Shown: piece by piece, positions 37,893 to 49,800 of the stretch | How positions within the stretch are numbered: position 1 is the stretch's first letter | Layout: each line of letters opens with the position of its first letter | NCBI GenBank assembly: GCA_043228905.1 | Contig: JBHGNT010000015.1 | Coordinates: forward strand, 6,138,001 to 6,202,000 | Source: Azolla caroliniana | Lineage: Eukaryota > Plantae > Polypodiophyta | Reading direction: 5' to 3' | DNA: 64,000 bases | The notes under the pieces: model-generated | Database searches by the model: none | The model's input: only the letters and a program-made list of their open reading frames with translations | What the model was told of the DNA's origin: nothing | Position numbers and translations under genes: made by a program

Positions 37893-40769
37893 GATGATAA
37901 CATATGATATATTATATGAAGAGTAAGTACAAAATAGCTATGAGTCTTAAGACTGGCATTGAACCAACTTGGTTCAAAATAATGCCTTGTGCCTCCTTTT
38001 ATAGTGCTCTCAAGAGTAGTCCTGAAGCTTCTAGAATGTTCTAGAGAAATCTGGAATATACATTAATTTTCTATAGTAAAACTTAAATGAAAATAAAATC
38101 CTATGTATTACATAGATAGTGTAATGGTCAAGAGCTCGACCCATATAACATAAGGTCATGGGTTCGAGTCTTGCCATATCATGACACATACCACACCTCG
38201 TTTGACCTTGAGGTGTTCATCATGAAGGTTGGGCCCGTTTCGGCTGGCCCTGAGCCTTCAGCGTAATGCGATCTCTAACGCCTATCTACGTCTACTCGCC
38301 TCGACCCGGCCTTGTCCGAATCAGCTTGTTTTTTCCGGCACTCGCTCTCTCTGGGACCCTTCCAGCCACAATACCAACAATCCATCTCGGCCTTTCCTTG
38401 CCGACATTCGACACCACCTTGACTCCCCCTACCCGTGGAGGGTCCGGAAATGTTGTCGGCATTTCAATTATGCCTGGAGTTCTGCTCGTATCGGTGGCTT
38501 CCATTATGCGCCAACCCGCCTCGTCCACCACGACCACGGTGCCGATCCGCCTTCGTGTACAACATTTTGTTGCCGGTGTGCATACTCGCCGACGCACTCA
38601 AGTGGTTTTCTTCTACGAGCAACATCGATTGTAGCTCGAAAAATGAAGGTGTGTTCTCCCTCGTGCAGACCGTCGTTCGGAATGTTCCGAACTTCGTCCT
38701 CCTCCACGTTCACGTTGATGGAGACGAGAGAGTCGCAGATCTCCTTGATCTTGGAGGTGTGGTCAGCCACCGACATGTCTCTTTGTTGGACGTTGCTCAG
38801 CTCCTATTTGAGCTTAAGCTTTCTAATTGTGGTACTCGTGGAGAAAATCTTCTTCAAATTTCCCCAAGCATCCTTCAACATCCGAGCATCCCGAATGTAG
38901 CTCAAAAGTTGTTCACTCACACAAGATGCAAAGCAATAGAGAACTGTGCTTGCCGCCTATTCCCAGGCGGGAAATCTCTGTGTGTTGATTTGGGTGCTGC
39001 ATAATTAGCTCCTTCAACGTAACTCCAGTAACCATGCCCGATCAGGTATTGGTGCATTTTGTACGATGAAGATGCATAGTTGCTTCTATCGAGCTTTTTA
39101 GTCAGAAGCGAGCTTCCCATTCCTTTGTCCATGTTCCTGTCTTTACTTTTCCGAAAAATGAGAAACTTGACTCTATCTTGTGGACTTGTTTTTCTACCGG
39201 CTGCAGAGAAGTCTCAACCCTCACGCTCTGATACCATGAAAAGAATACGTGTGCGTTATACACCGAACCGAGTACACAGTTGGTTTCAGAGACTCGACAA
39301 TTAGGTAAATATAGAGAATGGTGTATGAGACAAAGACAAAGACAAAGAGCAGCCAACAACTTCTATTTCGAATAATGAACACTCTGTACATACGTTGTGC
39401 TTAGTGAGCACTTTTTATACAAACCCCTGACGAGTGGGCTGACACAAGTATCATTAGTACTTGATTGCTCATAAATGAGCGTGACACTAAATCTATCTAC
39501 AATATTCCTATTTACTATAGTAGGAATATACACACTCAACGGCCTTTCGGAATCCTTCTACTCGGCTCACGGCCCTCGGCCCTCAGCTCTCTATTCTTGG
39601 GGTCTTCATCCGAATAGGCCCATGCTTAGCTTGTCTCTCAATAGACTTGTTCCGGCTCGCCTTGAGCCTTCGGCATAGTGTGTTCTTTGTCGTCTCTCTC
39701 CATCGGCACGATTTGATTTGGCTCGGTCTGAATCCAATTTCGTTTTCCAATAATTGCTCTCTTTGTGACCCTTCCAGCCACAATACCAGCAGTTGGTGGG
39801 CTTCGCTTGCCGGCTCCCAACATCACCCTAACTCCCCCTACTCATGGAGGGTCCATTGTTGTCGGCACCTCCTCTGTACCTCTGATTTTGTTCCTGTCGG
39901 CCGCCTCCATTACATGCCGCCCTGCCTCGTCCTTCCCAACCACGGGGCCGATTTGCCTCCATGTACAACATCTTGTTGTTAATGTGTGTGCTCGTTGACA
40001 CACCTGTGTGGTTCTCCTCTACAAGGAGCATCAACTGCAAGTCGAAGAATGGTGGAGGCTTCTTCTCGTGCAAATAGCTATCCAAATCAACCTGTATTTC
40101 TGTGCTAGACCACCAAGATATATATGTACCATCTCGTCTTCTTCCATAGTCACGTTGATGGAGCCGAGTGCATCACATATCTCGTTGATCCTTGTGGTGT
40201 AGTTAGTGACTAACATACCTCCTTGTCAGACGTTGTTGAGCTCCTGCCTGAGCTGCAACTTACGAGTTGTGGTACTAGCGGCAAAGACCCTCTTCAAGTT
40301 CCCCCAAGCATCCTTCGACGACTTCGCACCTCTTATGTACCCGAGCATCTGGTCGTGAACACACAAGACAAAGCAGTACAAGACTCGACTTACTACTTGC
40401 TCCCAAGCTGGGAAGTCTCTGTGTGTCGGCTCTGGTGGTACTTCGCTTTCTCCTTCAGCATAGCTCCAATACCTGTGTTCGAGCAAGTATTGTTGCATAT
40501 TGTACAACCAAGATGTGTATGTGCTTCTGTCAAGCTTCTCTATTGGAAGCAAGTTGCCCATTCCTCTATCCATGTTCTTGTCTATACTTTTCTGAAAGAC
40601 AAAAGTTTTTCTCTCTTTTTTGTACACTTTGTCGGCTGTGGAGGATCTTCAACCCTTGCGCTCTAATGTAAAAGATTAACTTGTGTGGAAGTTTACGAAC
40701 AAAGACGCAATCGGCTCAACCAAATAGCAAAAAACAGTTACGTATACACAAAGAATATATGGGGGGTGG

Positions 40770-40823
<54 letters not shown>

Positions 40824-41362
40824 AAAAATTCTATTACAGAATTACTCAGTACATACAACTATGTTCATAGAGCACTTTTTATACAAGCCTTAATGAGTGG
40901 GTTGACACAAGTACTATCAATACTTTAATGCACATGAATGAGCTCTGACACTAACAACCTAAAATATTCCTATTTACTAAAGTGGGAATACAGGCTCCTC
41001 TCAGCTCTCTACTGATCTGGCCTAGCCGATCAAGGTTGGCCCATGTTGAGCTTGTCAATCAACAGTTTTTATTGTATACCTTATATATTGTAAATTATCT
41101 TTCTCCCTTCATCAACCTTAATAATATTCGAATCATACACATGAAAATTCAAGTGGTTCATTCTTACTAATTGAGATATGTTTCTTTGTTAGTTTAAACC
41201 TAACTCTTATGGGGGGGCCAAGTAATCAAATCTCTTGCTACTCTACTTGGCCTATTCACGCCATCATCCACCACTTTTGTAAAATCCTTTCAATAACTTC
41301 ATCGACCTTAACCTTAACCTATTAAAAACCCAATTGCTAGGCACTTTTCTTCTTAATGGTAG

Positions 41363-41879
41363 TAGCAATGGGCACGGTTTCGGCTCAAACTGAATCGAAC
41401 CTTAAGCCATGGTTTAACTATTGATTGGTTCCAAACAAAATTAATGGTTTGGTTTGGTTTGGATTTTTAATCAATGGTTCGGTTCGGTTCTAAAACTTGG
41501 GTTTATTGGTTTATAGGTTTAAATGGTTAACTTTTTTTTTACCTAAATACTTTATTAATTTAATGGTTTAATTAATGAATTTTATTGATTTAATAAATTT
41601 AACTCACATGCTTATTTAATTTAATGTATTTTTGTTTATTTAAATTTTTAATTACTTTGACTTAAATAGTTAAGTTAAATTTTTTTATTAAATGGTTCGA
41701 TTTGGTTTCCACTTTTCCCTAAACGATTTTGGTTTAAATGGTTTGGATTACCTTTTCATAAATGGTTTGGTTTATATAGCTTGAGAGTTCATAAACAGTT
41801 TGGTTTGGTTTGGTTTTTGTTTTATATAAATGGTTCGGTTTCAAGGCAAAGAAACTGAACCAAACCGTGCCCATTCCTA
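41363..41879. mobile_element. hAT-type MITE, 517 bp
   Basis: TIR TAG(C/G)AATGGGCACGGTTT, 8-bp TSD AATGGTAG, many GGTTT/GGTTC subterminal motifs like those of the hAT at 58790-63948. Confidence 0.9.
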
Positions 41880-41885
41880 AATGGT

Positions 41886-42290
41886 AGATAGATAGATAGA
41901 TATTTTTTAGCGTCCATAGGGAGGCCAATATTGACCCATAGGACCTAAGTACAAAAGTTATCTTGATGTGTGTCTCTTTCCTAAGAAGGAATATTCATAC
42001 TTTGAAGCACCAAGTCTTTGTGTTTGAATAAGGCACACACATCTAAGCTAAACCTTCTAGGTGTTCTCTCTAGTATGATAATCAAGTCATCACCCCCTCT
42101 TAATATATCATCATAGCTTTCATGAATTTATATGCGGAGCATGTAAAAAGCAAGTGATATTCATCCTCTACTAGCCTTTCCTTGCATACCTTACATGTCT
42201 TTATAAAAGCAAGTGATATTCATCCTCTGCTAACCTTTCCTTGCATACCTTACATGTCTTTATATTAGGTTGATTTTGATTCCATAATAA
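41886..42290 (-). mobile_element. 3' end of an RTE-like LINE with a (TATC)n tail
   Basis: WNQNQPNIKTCKVCKERLAEDEYHLL matches [26 protein letters not shown] at about 51278-51355. 3' UTR is similar to 51520-51600. Internal 61-bp duplication. Confidence 0.8.
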
Positions 42291-42305
42291 TATGTAGGCA
42301 TAGAC

Positions 42306-42377
42306 TATCACGAGTGGGATTTGAACCCACGCTCTCTCATGAGAACCAGAACTTGAGTCTGGCTCAACCATCCTGAC
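42306..42377 (-). pseudogene. tRNA-Leu(CAA) pseudogene with about 12 nt deleted from the D arm
   Basis: GTCAGGATGGTTGAG[del]CCAGACTCAAGTTCTGGTTCTCATGAGAGAGCGTGGGTTCAAATCCCACTCGTGATA matches the remembered plant cytosolic tRNA-Leu-CAA. B box intact, A box broken. Confidence 0.88.
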
Positions 42378-42397
42378 TTTATTGTACCTATCATTGT

Positions 42398-43105
42398 GCA
42401 TGAGAACCAGAACTTGAGTCTGGCTCGACCATCCTGACTTTATTGTACCTATCATTGTGGTGGTGGTGGTGGTGGTGGTGGGGGATCCAATGAGAGTATG
42501 TACCTATCATAACATTATAATGCGTCACGAGTATAGATGTTGGAACCAGAACTTGAGTCTGGCTCGACCATCCTGACTTTATTGTGCATGAGAACCAGAA
42601 CTTGAGTCTGGCTCGACCATCCTGACTTTATTGTACCTATCATTGTGGTGGTGGTGGTGGTGGTGGTGGGGGATCCAATGAGAGTATGTACCTATCATAA
42701 CATTATAATGCGTCACGAGTATAGATGTTGGAACCAGAACTTGAGTCTGGCTCGACCATCCTGACTTTATTGTGCATGAGAACCAGAACTTGAGTCTGGC
42801 TCGACCATCCTGACTTTATTGTACCTATCATTGTGGTGGTGGTGGTGGTGGTGGTGGTGGGGGATCCAATGAGAGTATGTACCTATCATAACATTATAAT
42901 GCGTCATGAGTATAGATGTTGGAACCAGAACTTGAGTCTGGCTCGACCATCCTGACTTTATTGTGCATGAGAACCAGAACTTGAGTCTGGCTCGACCATC
43001 CTGACTTTATTGTACCTATCATTGTGGTGGTGGTGGTGGGGGGGGATCCAATGAGAGTATGTACCTATCATAACATTATAGTGCGTCACAAGTATAGATG
43101 TTGGA
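42398..43105. repeat. Tandem array (units of 188, 188 and 191 bp plus a partial unit); each full unit has two tRNA-Leu 5' halves and a (GGT)n tract
   Basis: Units start GCATGAGAACC at 42398, 42586, 42774 and 42965. Confidence 0.92.
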
Positions 43106-43519
43106 ATAAAACAAATGCAAGAATAGAACATAGATGAGAATATTAACAAAAACAATAATATCAACTGGTTTCCAAGTACAAGGAACACATGACAATGGGC
43201 ATAACAATGGACACAAGTGATGTGGCCCACTTGATAGTATGTGGAAAGGCAATAGACAAAATTGATGTGGCCTTTTGATAGAATGTGGAAAGCCAACAAA
43301 CACAAGTGAAATAGCCCTCCTAACAGTATATGGAAACCAAACTCACACACATGATGAGGACTTGATGGGGAATGGGACATGACCCAACATGCTTGGTGGG
43401 GGACACAAAAACTAGATCTCATTCATCCAAACTATGTTTCAAAATTATTATATTTAATTTTGTTTCTAATTGATCAAGTGCTCTATTTCCTTGATCATTT
43501 ATTCAACTACCCTACAATA

Positions 43520-43852
43520 ATTGGTTTCCCAAACAAACAATATCAATGATATTGTTGCACTAGCCATCCGCACATCAATAGATTATAGGTTTTGCACAAG
43601 AGGGGTCTTAGTTATTTTGGTAATATATCCAACCAACTCTAGCATTATCACCAATCAATATTTCAAAAGATTATACTAATTAGTTACCACTAAATTATTG
43701 ATTGTATGGAAACATTTGTGTAAAATGAATCAATAGTAATTACCTCAACTAGCCTTCCACACAACAATAGAGTCTAGGTTTTGCACAATGGGATTCGTAG
43801 TTATTTTGGTAATATATCTATCCAACCAACTCTTTTATTATCACCAATCTCT
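43520..43852. repeat. Degenerate direct repeat, two copies about 190 bp apart
   Basis: TAGGTTTTGCACAA...AGTTATTTTGGTAATATATC...CCAACCAACTCT occurs twice. Confidence 0.7.
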
Positions 43853-43897
43853 ACTAAAAAAGAATGACGGCGTTTTGCTCCCAAAATTGTTGCATAT

Positions 43898-44142
43898 CAT
43901 AGTACGTAAAATTCATGTTCGTCTAACATAACATTTGTTTTCCTACGTTGGAAAACGAATGCGAATGTTATTCAAACATTCTTGTGTTTTTTTTTTTGTT
44001 TCTTTTTCATTTTTTAGGCTTATTTACCTCATAATAAATAGTTAATCCAAAAGTATGGTATTTATCGTTCTTTGAGGGTGTTTTTCTTACACGAATGATT
44101 TAAACATTCGCAAATGCGAATGCAAGTATGGTTCATACTATG
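43898..44142 (+). mobile_element. 245-bp non-autonomous derivative of hAT H
   Basis: TIRs CATAGTACG / CATACTATG. The two halves match the two ends of H in opposite orientation. Only a partial TSD (CATAT). Confidence 0.88.
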
Positions 44143-45196
44143 CATATAACCACCCGTCGTGCCCCAAAAGTTGGTATGTTCTTCCCTATCCCACAGGCCA
44201 CAACGAATACTTATTCTATGTTTCTTTGCTCATTTACAAATGGCACCTTATGCCAATTGTTCTTGTACCTACAACACCTTTACCATTATATACAAGCACT
44301 ATCTATACAAGCTTTGGTTCTATTTCTATTGTAATTTGTTTTGCTTGTATATGGATGGATTTTGACTACATTGTAGCCCAAATAGCATATATAATTGAGA
44401 AGGGCCATTAAAATGCTTAAATTGCACAAATTATGCTCTTTTGAGGGATTGACTAAGACCATTTTAGGAAATATAAAAAATTGAAGGCCTTTTATCAAAC
44501 AATTAGAGCACTCATTATATTCTCCATGCCACTATTTGTTAACAGGATTAGAAACAACACTAAAGCTTTTCCATGTTTATATTTTTTAATATATAACCAT
44601 GAGGATGTTTTAAACCTGTTTTGCAACATGAATGTTATAACTTCAAACCTATATAGCAAACAGTAGTTGTAACTTACTACACAGCTCAATATTATCTTCA
44701 AAATTGTTAATTTAGTGACACTAATATTTCTTTTATTTATTTTGTGCCTATATGTTTTTCTGCCTTTCAAAATATAACAAAAACACCTTCACACAAAATT
44801 TGTAATGATAAACTGGTTTTCTTTTCATTTATTTCTATACAAATATGTTTCCCCTTGTTAACGGAATATAACAAGCACACACCCAAACATTTTGTTGCCT
44901 CACCTTTAAGCCATCAGGATTTTTATTTATTTTGTTGCTTTCTGCTCTACCAAAGTAAACATGAGCTTTGTTATATTATTCCAATTCAAAAGCACTCAGA
45001 TACTATTTCTCATTTCATCTTCCTGTCCCATTCCACCACAAACTCCACTTTTTCTGGTATATACAGGGTAATTAAATTCACCATCTTCATTTATTGTCCT
45101 GCCCTAGCTCAATATCTCGTTTTCTCATTTTTTCCTTTCACAACAACCAAAGCAATGTTTGCCCTTTTTGAACGAATGCAGTATATTGAATGTGAA

Positions 45197-45232
<36 letters not shown>

Positions 45233-45345
45233 CATCCCAAACAAGAGAATGAGAAATTCCATGTTCAGATCCACATTGATTAGTGCTTGTGAGGACCAAA
45301 GAGAGGTAATATCTTATATTGTCCCAACCACGCAGCATACACACA

Positions 45346-46199
45346 CATAGATTGACATATTCGCATTCGTGGGGGTTACCAAACGAATGCATACAGATAC
45401 GCATAAAAATGCATGAAAAAATATTCGTTAAAAAAAAGAAAAAAAAAAGATTTCATACTTTTTAGTTTCTAATATATATATAATATAACAAAGAGACTTT
45501 CACATTAAATAGGGGATATTGAACTTTACATTAAAAAGGAGACTTACATGAAATAATATTTTTATATAATAGAGGAAAATTTTAAATTTAAAAGTATTTG
45601 ATTTATTTTTAATAAATATAAAAATAATAATAAATAATAAATATAAGGTTCATTAATTCCCCACTTTTTACTCTCCCACAAAAAATGATATTTTTATTAT
45701 TAAAAGGGGAACTCATACTAATAATATTTTTATAATATATATAAAACTTAAATATATTTGTTTTATTTTTTAATTAATTAATTAATTAATTAATTAATTA
45801 ATTAATTAATTAAATTAATAAAAGGTTCCCATAAATTTTATATTTTTATCTCACATTAAAAATGGGAGTTCACACTCATAATACTTTTATAATATATATA
45901 AAACTTAAATGTATATGTTTTATTTTTTAATAAAACAATATATATATATATATATAATAAATAGAATAAATAAAAGGTTCATTATATCCCCACTCTTTAC
46001 TCTCTTGACATTAAAAAGGGAACCTTAGACTAGTAATATTCTTATATAGTAGATGAAAAAATATTTGTTTTTTAAATAATAAATAATAAATAAATAAACA
46101 AATGGTTCTGTAATATTCTTGGGGTCATTTTGTATTCTTGAATTTTACGAATATTACGGATGTCGAATACTACGAATTTCACGCATGGGTCAATCTATG
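45346..46199. mobile_element. AT-rich hAT-type MITE, 854 bp
   Basis: TIR CATAGATTGAC / GTCAATCTATG, TSD CATACACA (extra CA on the left), CGAAT subterminal motifs, degenerate internal repeats. Confidence 0.75.
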
Positions 46200-46725
46200 C
46201 ATACACATACAAATGGGAGATCTAAATGAGGAGATGAAGTTGAGAAATTTACAGTGTCCACTTGATTGTATAGGGTATACCTGCATACAAATGCACATCC
46301 ATACCATTTAGGTTTACTCAACACAACACTCGTTAGAAGGAAATGCTATCAGGAATAGAAGCTAGTATATCCATCAACCAGGATGTATGTATCTTTGGTC
46401 TAGAAGACTAAACATCAAAGAAGATTGGGAAGTTGACGTTGATAAGGCAGCAAAGCAAATTGGAAAATAGTAGGATTAACAGTGGAATCTTTAACACGGG
46501 TGGGTTTGCATACACACAAACATGACTATGAAATTAGAGACTTTGATAAGAATATCAATTCGTCAGCAAATATTATCAAAAAAAGTATAGACATAAAATG
46601 GATATATGACAAAAGCGCAACAACTTTTCTGGTTTCACAGTTTACTCAAATTTTTTGTTCAATTAATGAGAATAATCAGGAGATTCACATAATACAATGG
46701 ATTAGAATATATCACAGATATGGAG

Positions 46726-46888
46726 TTAAAGAAGCTTCGGGCACCTTTCAGCTGAAATACTTGCTGAGGGGCAAGAAAGAAAACATCCTTTTTGTAGGGC
46801 AGGATCCTCCTCCAGAACTGGAGGTATCTTCCCAAATATCATTTTACAGCTCAAATCCTCAAAGTTTGGTTCCATTGTTAATGGCATG
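46726..46888 (-). CDS. D27: D27 exon 5
   Basis: TTTTGCAG acceptor, then (G)[23 protein letters not shown]...RCPKLL*. Confidence 0.92.
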
Positions 46889-49800
46889 CTGCAAAAACAA
46901 GTTCACCTCGAGACATGTTAATGGAGGTCGCATAATGGAAAAAAGTTTTTCATAAGAAAGCTTTTTTCGTGAAAAATGCACCCATAAAAATATTTTATTT
47001 TGAATGAAAGGTTCATCCATAGTAATGCTTTGTTATAAATGGAAGTTCTAAGGTTTCTTCAGTGAATGTTCGTCCCATAGAAAGCTTTCATTATGAATGA
47101 ATGCTCATCCATATAAACCTTTACCAAATGCAAGCCCTACCCGAGTTGATTTGTGAAGAAATACTGGGTTGGTCTTTTGCACAGATTTACACACATCCCA
47201 GTACAACCACTTGTTTCAAGGTACCGGCACTTCTCAATCTCCACGCCACTCTTCAAGACTTTGCCTTCAATATCAACTTCAATAACCTGGCCACAGTATA
47301 CCAGAATAATATATTTCAGAGATGGGAGTAACCAAATGCATAAGACCCTATCTATAACCTTCTAACTGCAGAAGTACAGTACAATAAGTTGCTGCAATTA
47401 CAAAAAATATAATCGACAAAATATTTACATTTGACACAGTTGTGACTATGCCTATTAAAACTGTAATCCAGAAAGAATGCATAATAAAGGCCAGATAATC
47501 AATTTCTCAACATTATTTCCTGAGGCAACCACTATTATTACAAGAATGGAGTAATACAGAGAATAGAGTGAAGGAATGTACACAACAAGTAACAAGCTGT
47601 TACGCCATTGTTCATACTGGCCAGTCTCCCATTCCTTACTCGCACTCTTTCCTATGGTTGTTTGAAGTGAAGTCGTGGTATACAAATAACTCTTTATATA
47701 TATTCATAAACTCTAGGACTTGTCTCCAAACAATAGATTTTGGTGAAATTGTGACCAGTTACCAAACTATTATAACAAGAATGAAATAATACAGAAAGTA
47801 GAGTGAAGGAATGTACACAAAAAGTACCAAGCTGTTATGCCATGGTTCATACTGGCCAGTCTCCCATTCCTTACTCCCAGTCTTTCCTATGATTGTTCGA
47901 CGTGAAGTTGTGGTATACGAATAACCCTTTATATATATCCATAAACTCTAGGCCTCGTCTCCGAACCATAGAATTTTTTAGATTGAACCATGCAACTAGT
48001 GCATACAGGTACAGATTATAGAAGAAGTAGAGTTCAGAAACCCAGAGTTTTCATATATAATACCACACCTGACTCCTTGAAACAATGAGGATAGATGATA
48101 CTTATCACTTCAATAGAAATGTGGCTGAAGACTCGAAACGTTATATTTCTTTGGCTGTAAACACTTCAATCATCAACCTCAGTCATATTTAGTGAATATT
48201 ACAGGACAAAAGCCCAACAGAAAATATCCCTCTGAATTTCTTTCTTTAAAAGTCAGGCCTCAAGTAGGTAAAGTGTTTCATGTGTGCCATTAATATGCAG
48301 ACATCTGGTTACCCAATCATATCCATAAGTGCAACATAGCAGCAGCAAAGCTGGCATTAACTTTCCCATGATGGCCCAAGAACACGCTACAGCATGAACA
48401 AAGCCATCTACAAGCAAATAGGCCTATTCTCTAGTCTTTGTATTGACTGCTAATTACAATGGTATACATCTGTATTCCACACCTAACAGTCCATGGAACA
48501 TGTTGATTGAACCAACAATTTTCCCTTCCTCAACTATAAAGGAATTACAAACTCCGGATGTGATAATGGTATATTCTACATGTGATGGCACATGTCATTT
48601 GTTATTTATTTGAACTAAGTTTTGGAAGGTACCTTGCAAGGCCCAACAAGCCATTGAAAGAAAAGGGGCGTGATTCGAGCATTCAACTCAGCTCCCCAAT
48701 CGGAGTAAGGAAACAGCTTCCGGAACCAATCAGGAACCTTTGGAAAACCCTACATTTGATACAGCTTCTCAAGACTTTAATACACATGTGCATAAGAAGG
48801 TTAGAGATGAACATTGATTAACAATGGTTATAGATATGATATTTTATATATAGAAGTCTATGAAGAATAATCATGAACTAAGCTGGAGATTTTTGGAAAA
48901 CCCTATCTTTTGAGAGTTAAACATCAATGTAAATAAATAACGCTTAATAATGAACATACTCTAGCAGTGATAAAAGACATGACCTTACACATATATAGAC
49001 ACACATGAAAGTTAATCATAAATCAAGCTTGAACCTTTGATACAGCCTATGTAAAAGTCAACATAATATTTACATCTGTGCACATACACCACAAACGTAC
49101 AGATATGTATGTGAAGCTAAATAGTGAACATTCTTTAACCATGGTATATACAGTGAACATGATTTTCGCTGATACATACTTAGACGCACATACACATGAA
49201 TCTTATGTCATAATCCATTTTCTCTGGTTGTTACAAAAGAGTTTGCCCATATAAAACTAATTTTTGGCACGTGTTATTTTCAAGATGTTAATATTGTTTA
49301 TACTTACCTATTTAGAAAGTGGGGCTGGTTTCACAAGGTTTACATTAACACTGATCACCATGGTTATCTTGAGCTTAATTTCATTCATTCTAAACATCAA
49401 CTTCTAATATTTGGGAAACAGTCAACAATTTATGTTAAAAATTTCCATCCATATATTGTTTTTATTCCCTTTAGCAGCATGAGGTCCTTTTGTAACCTTG
49501 TTTACTTATCTAAAGTGAGACACAACGAGAATTTCATTTTTGTAATGGATTTTTGTTTTACTCTGTGCTATAGCCATATAATATATATATATATATATAT
49601 ATTCTTTTATGTTTACTTTAGGTGTGACAAATTTGTTCTCATACTAGGTTTTAATTTTGTTTTGTTTTGCAAAACTAATGTTTAGACTGATTAATAAACA
49701 TATGTTTAGTGTCTCTACATTGGTATTGGGGTCATTCATACATACATACACATACATAAGAGCGCATATACACATATATCCACATGCGTAGGAATTGGAA

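Larger units (their letters stand above)
23994..38186 (-). mobile_element. Element F, Gypsy chromovirus (Tcn1-like), decayed
   Basis: LTRs 23994-24421 (about 9 bp trimmed) and 37740-38186. PPT GGGGGGGATAG. gag 36600-37663, protease LLDFGANSCFM, RT IYLDD, RNase H ETDASD, integrase, chromodomain YLVDWLGY at 24489-24640. Confidence 0.9.
20135..39643 (-). mobile_element. Copia element E (family of A/B), decayed, inserted in B and interrupted by F
   Basis: LTRs 20135-20551 (beside PPT GAGGGGAAG) and 39237-39643 (beside iMet PBS 39225-39236). RNase H/RT/integrase remnants 21280-23990, gag 38190-39130. Degenerate TSD GTCCC/GACTT. Confidence 0.85.
7040..41064 (-). mobile_element. Copia element B (family of A), the host of the nest; own sequence about 7040-8240, 13580-14815, 18966-20134 and 39644-41064
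   Basis: Coding sequence rejoins across each insertion: DDLVITGAD (8240/13580), FSNIAYVHV (14815/18966), HYAEGSRRAGT-GPIFV (39644/20134). gag ORF 40226-40627. 5' LTR 40667-41064 with eroded PBS. No 3' LTR found. Confidence 0.8.

Noticed and set aside
42306-42377. Functional tRNA-Leu gene
   Set aside because: About 12 nt of the D arm and A box are missing and the acceptor stem has mismatches.
42398-43105. CRISPR-like repeat/spacer appearance
   Set aside because: Intervening sequences are identical between units, the repeat is a tRNA half, there are no cas genes and the context is eukaryotic.
42958-43422. His/Cys-rich 154-aa ORF
   Set aside because: The poly-His comes from the (GGT)n tract and the end from the satellite; no family motif is recognisable.
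44150-45290. Possible decayed transposase or gene
   Set aside because: No motif I could identify on either strand; needs a translated profile search.
46482-47365. Plus-strand ORFs of 157, 76 and 70 aa
   Set aside because: They are antisense shadows of D27 exons 4 and 5.
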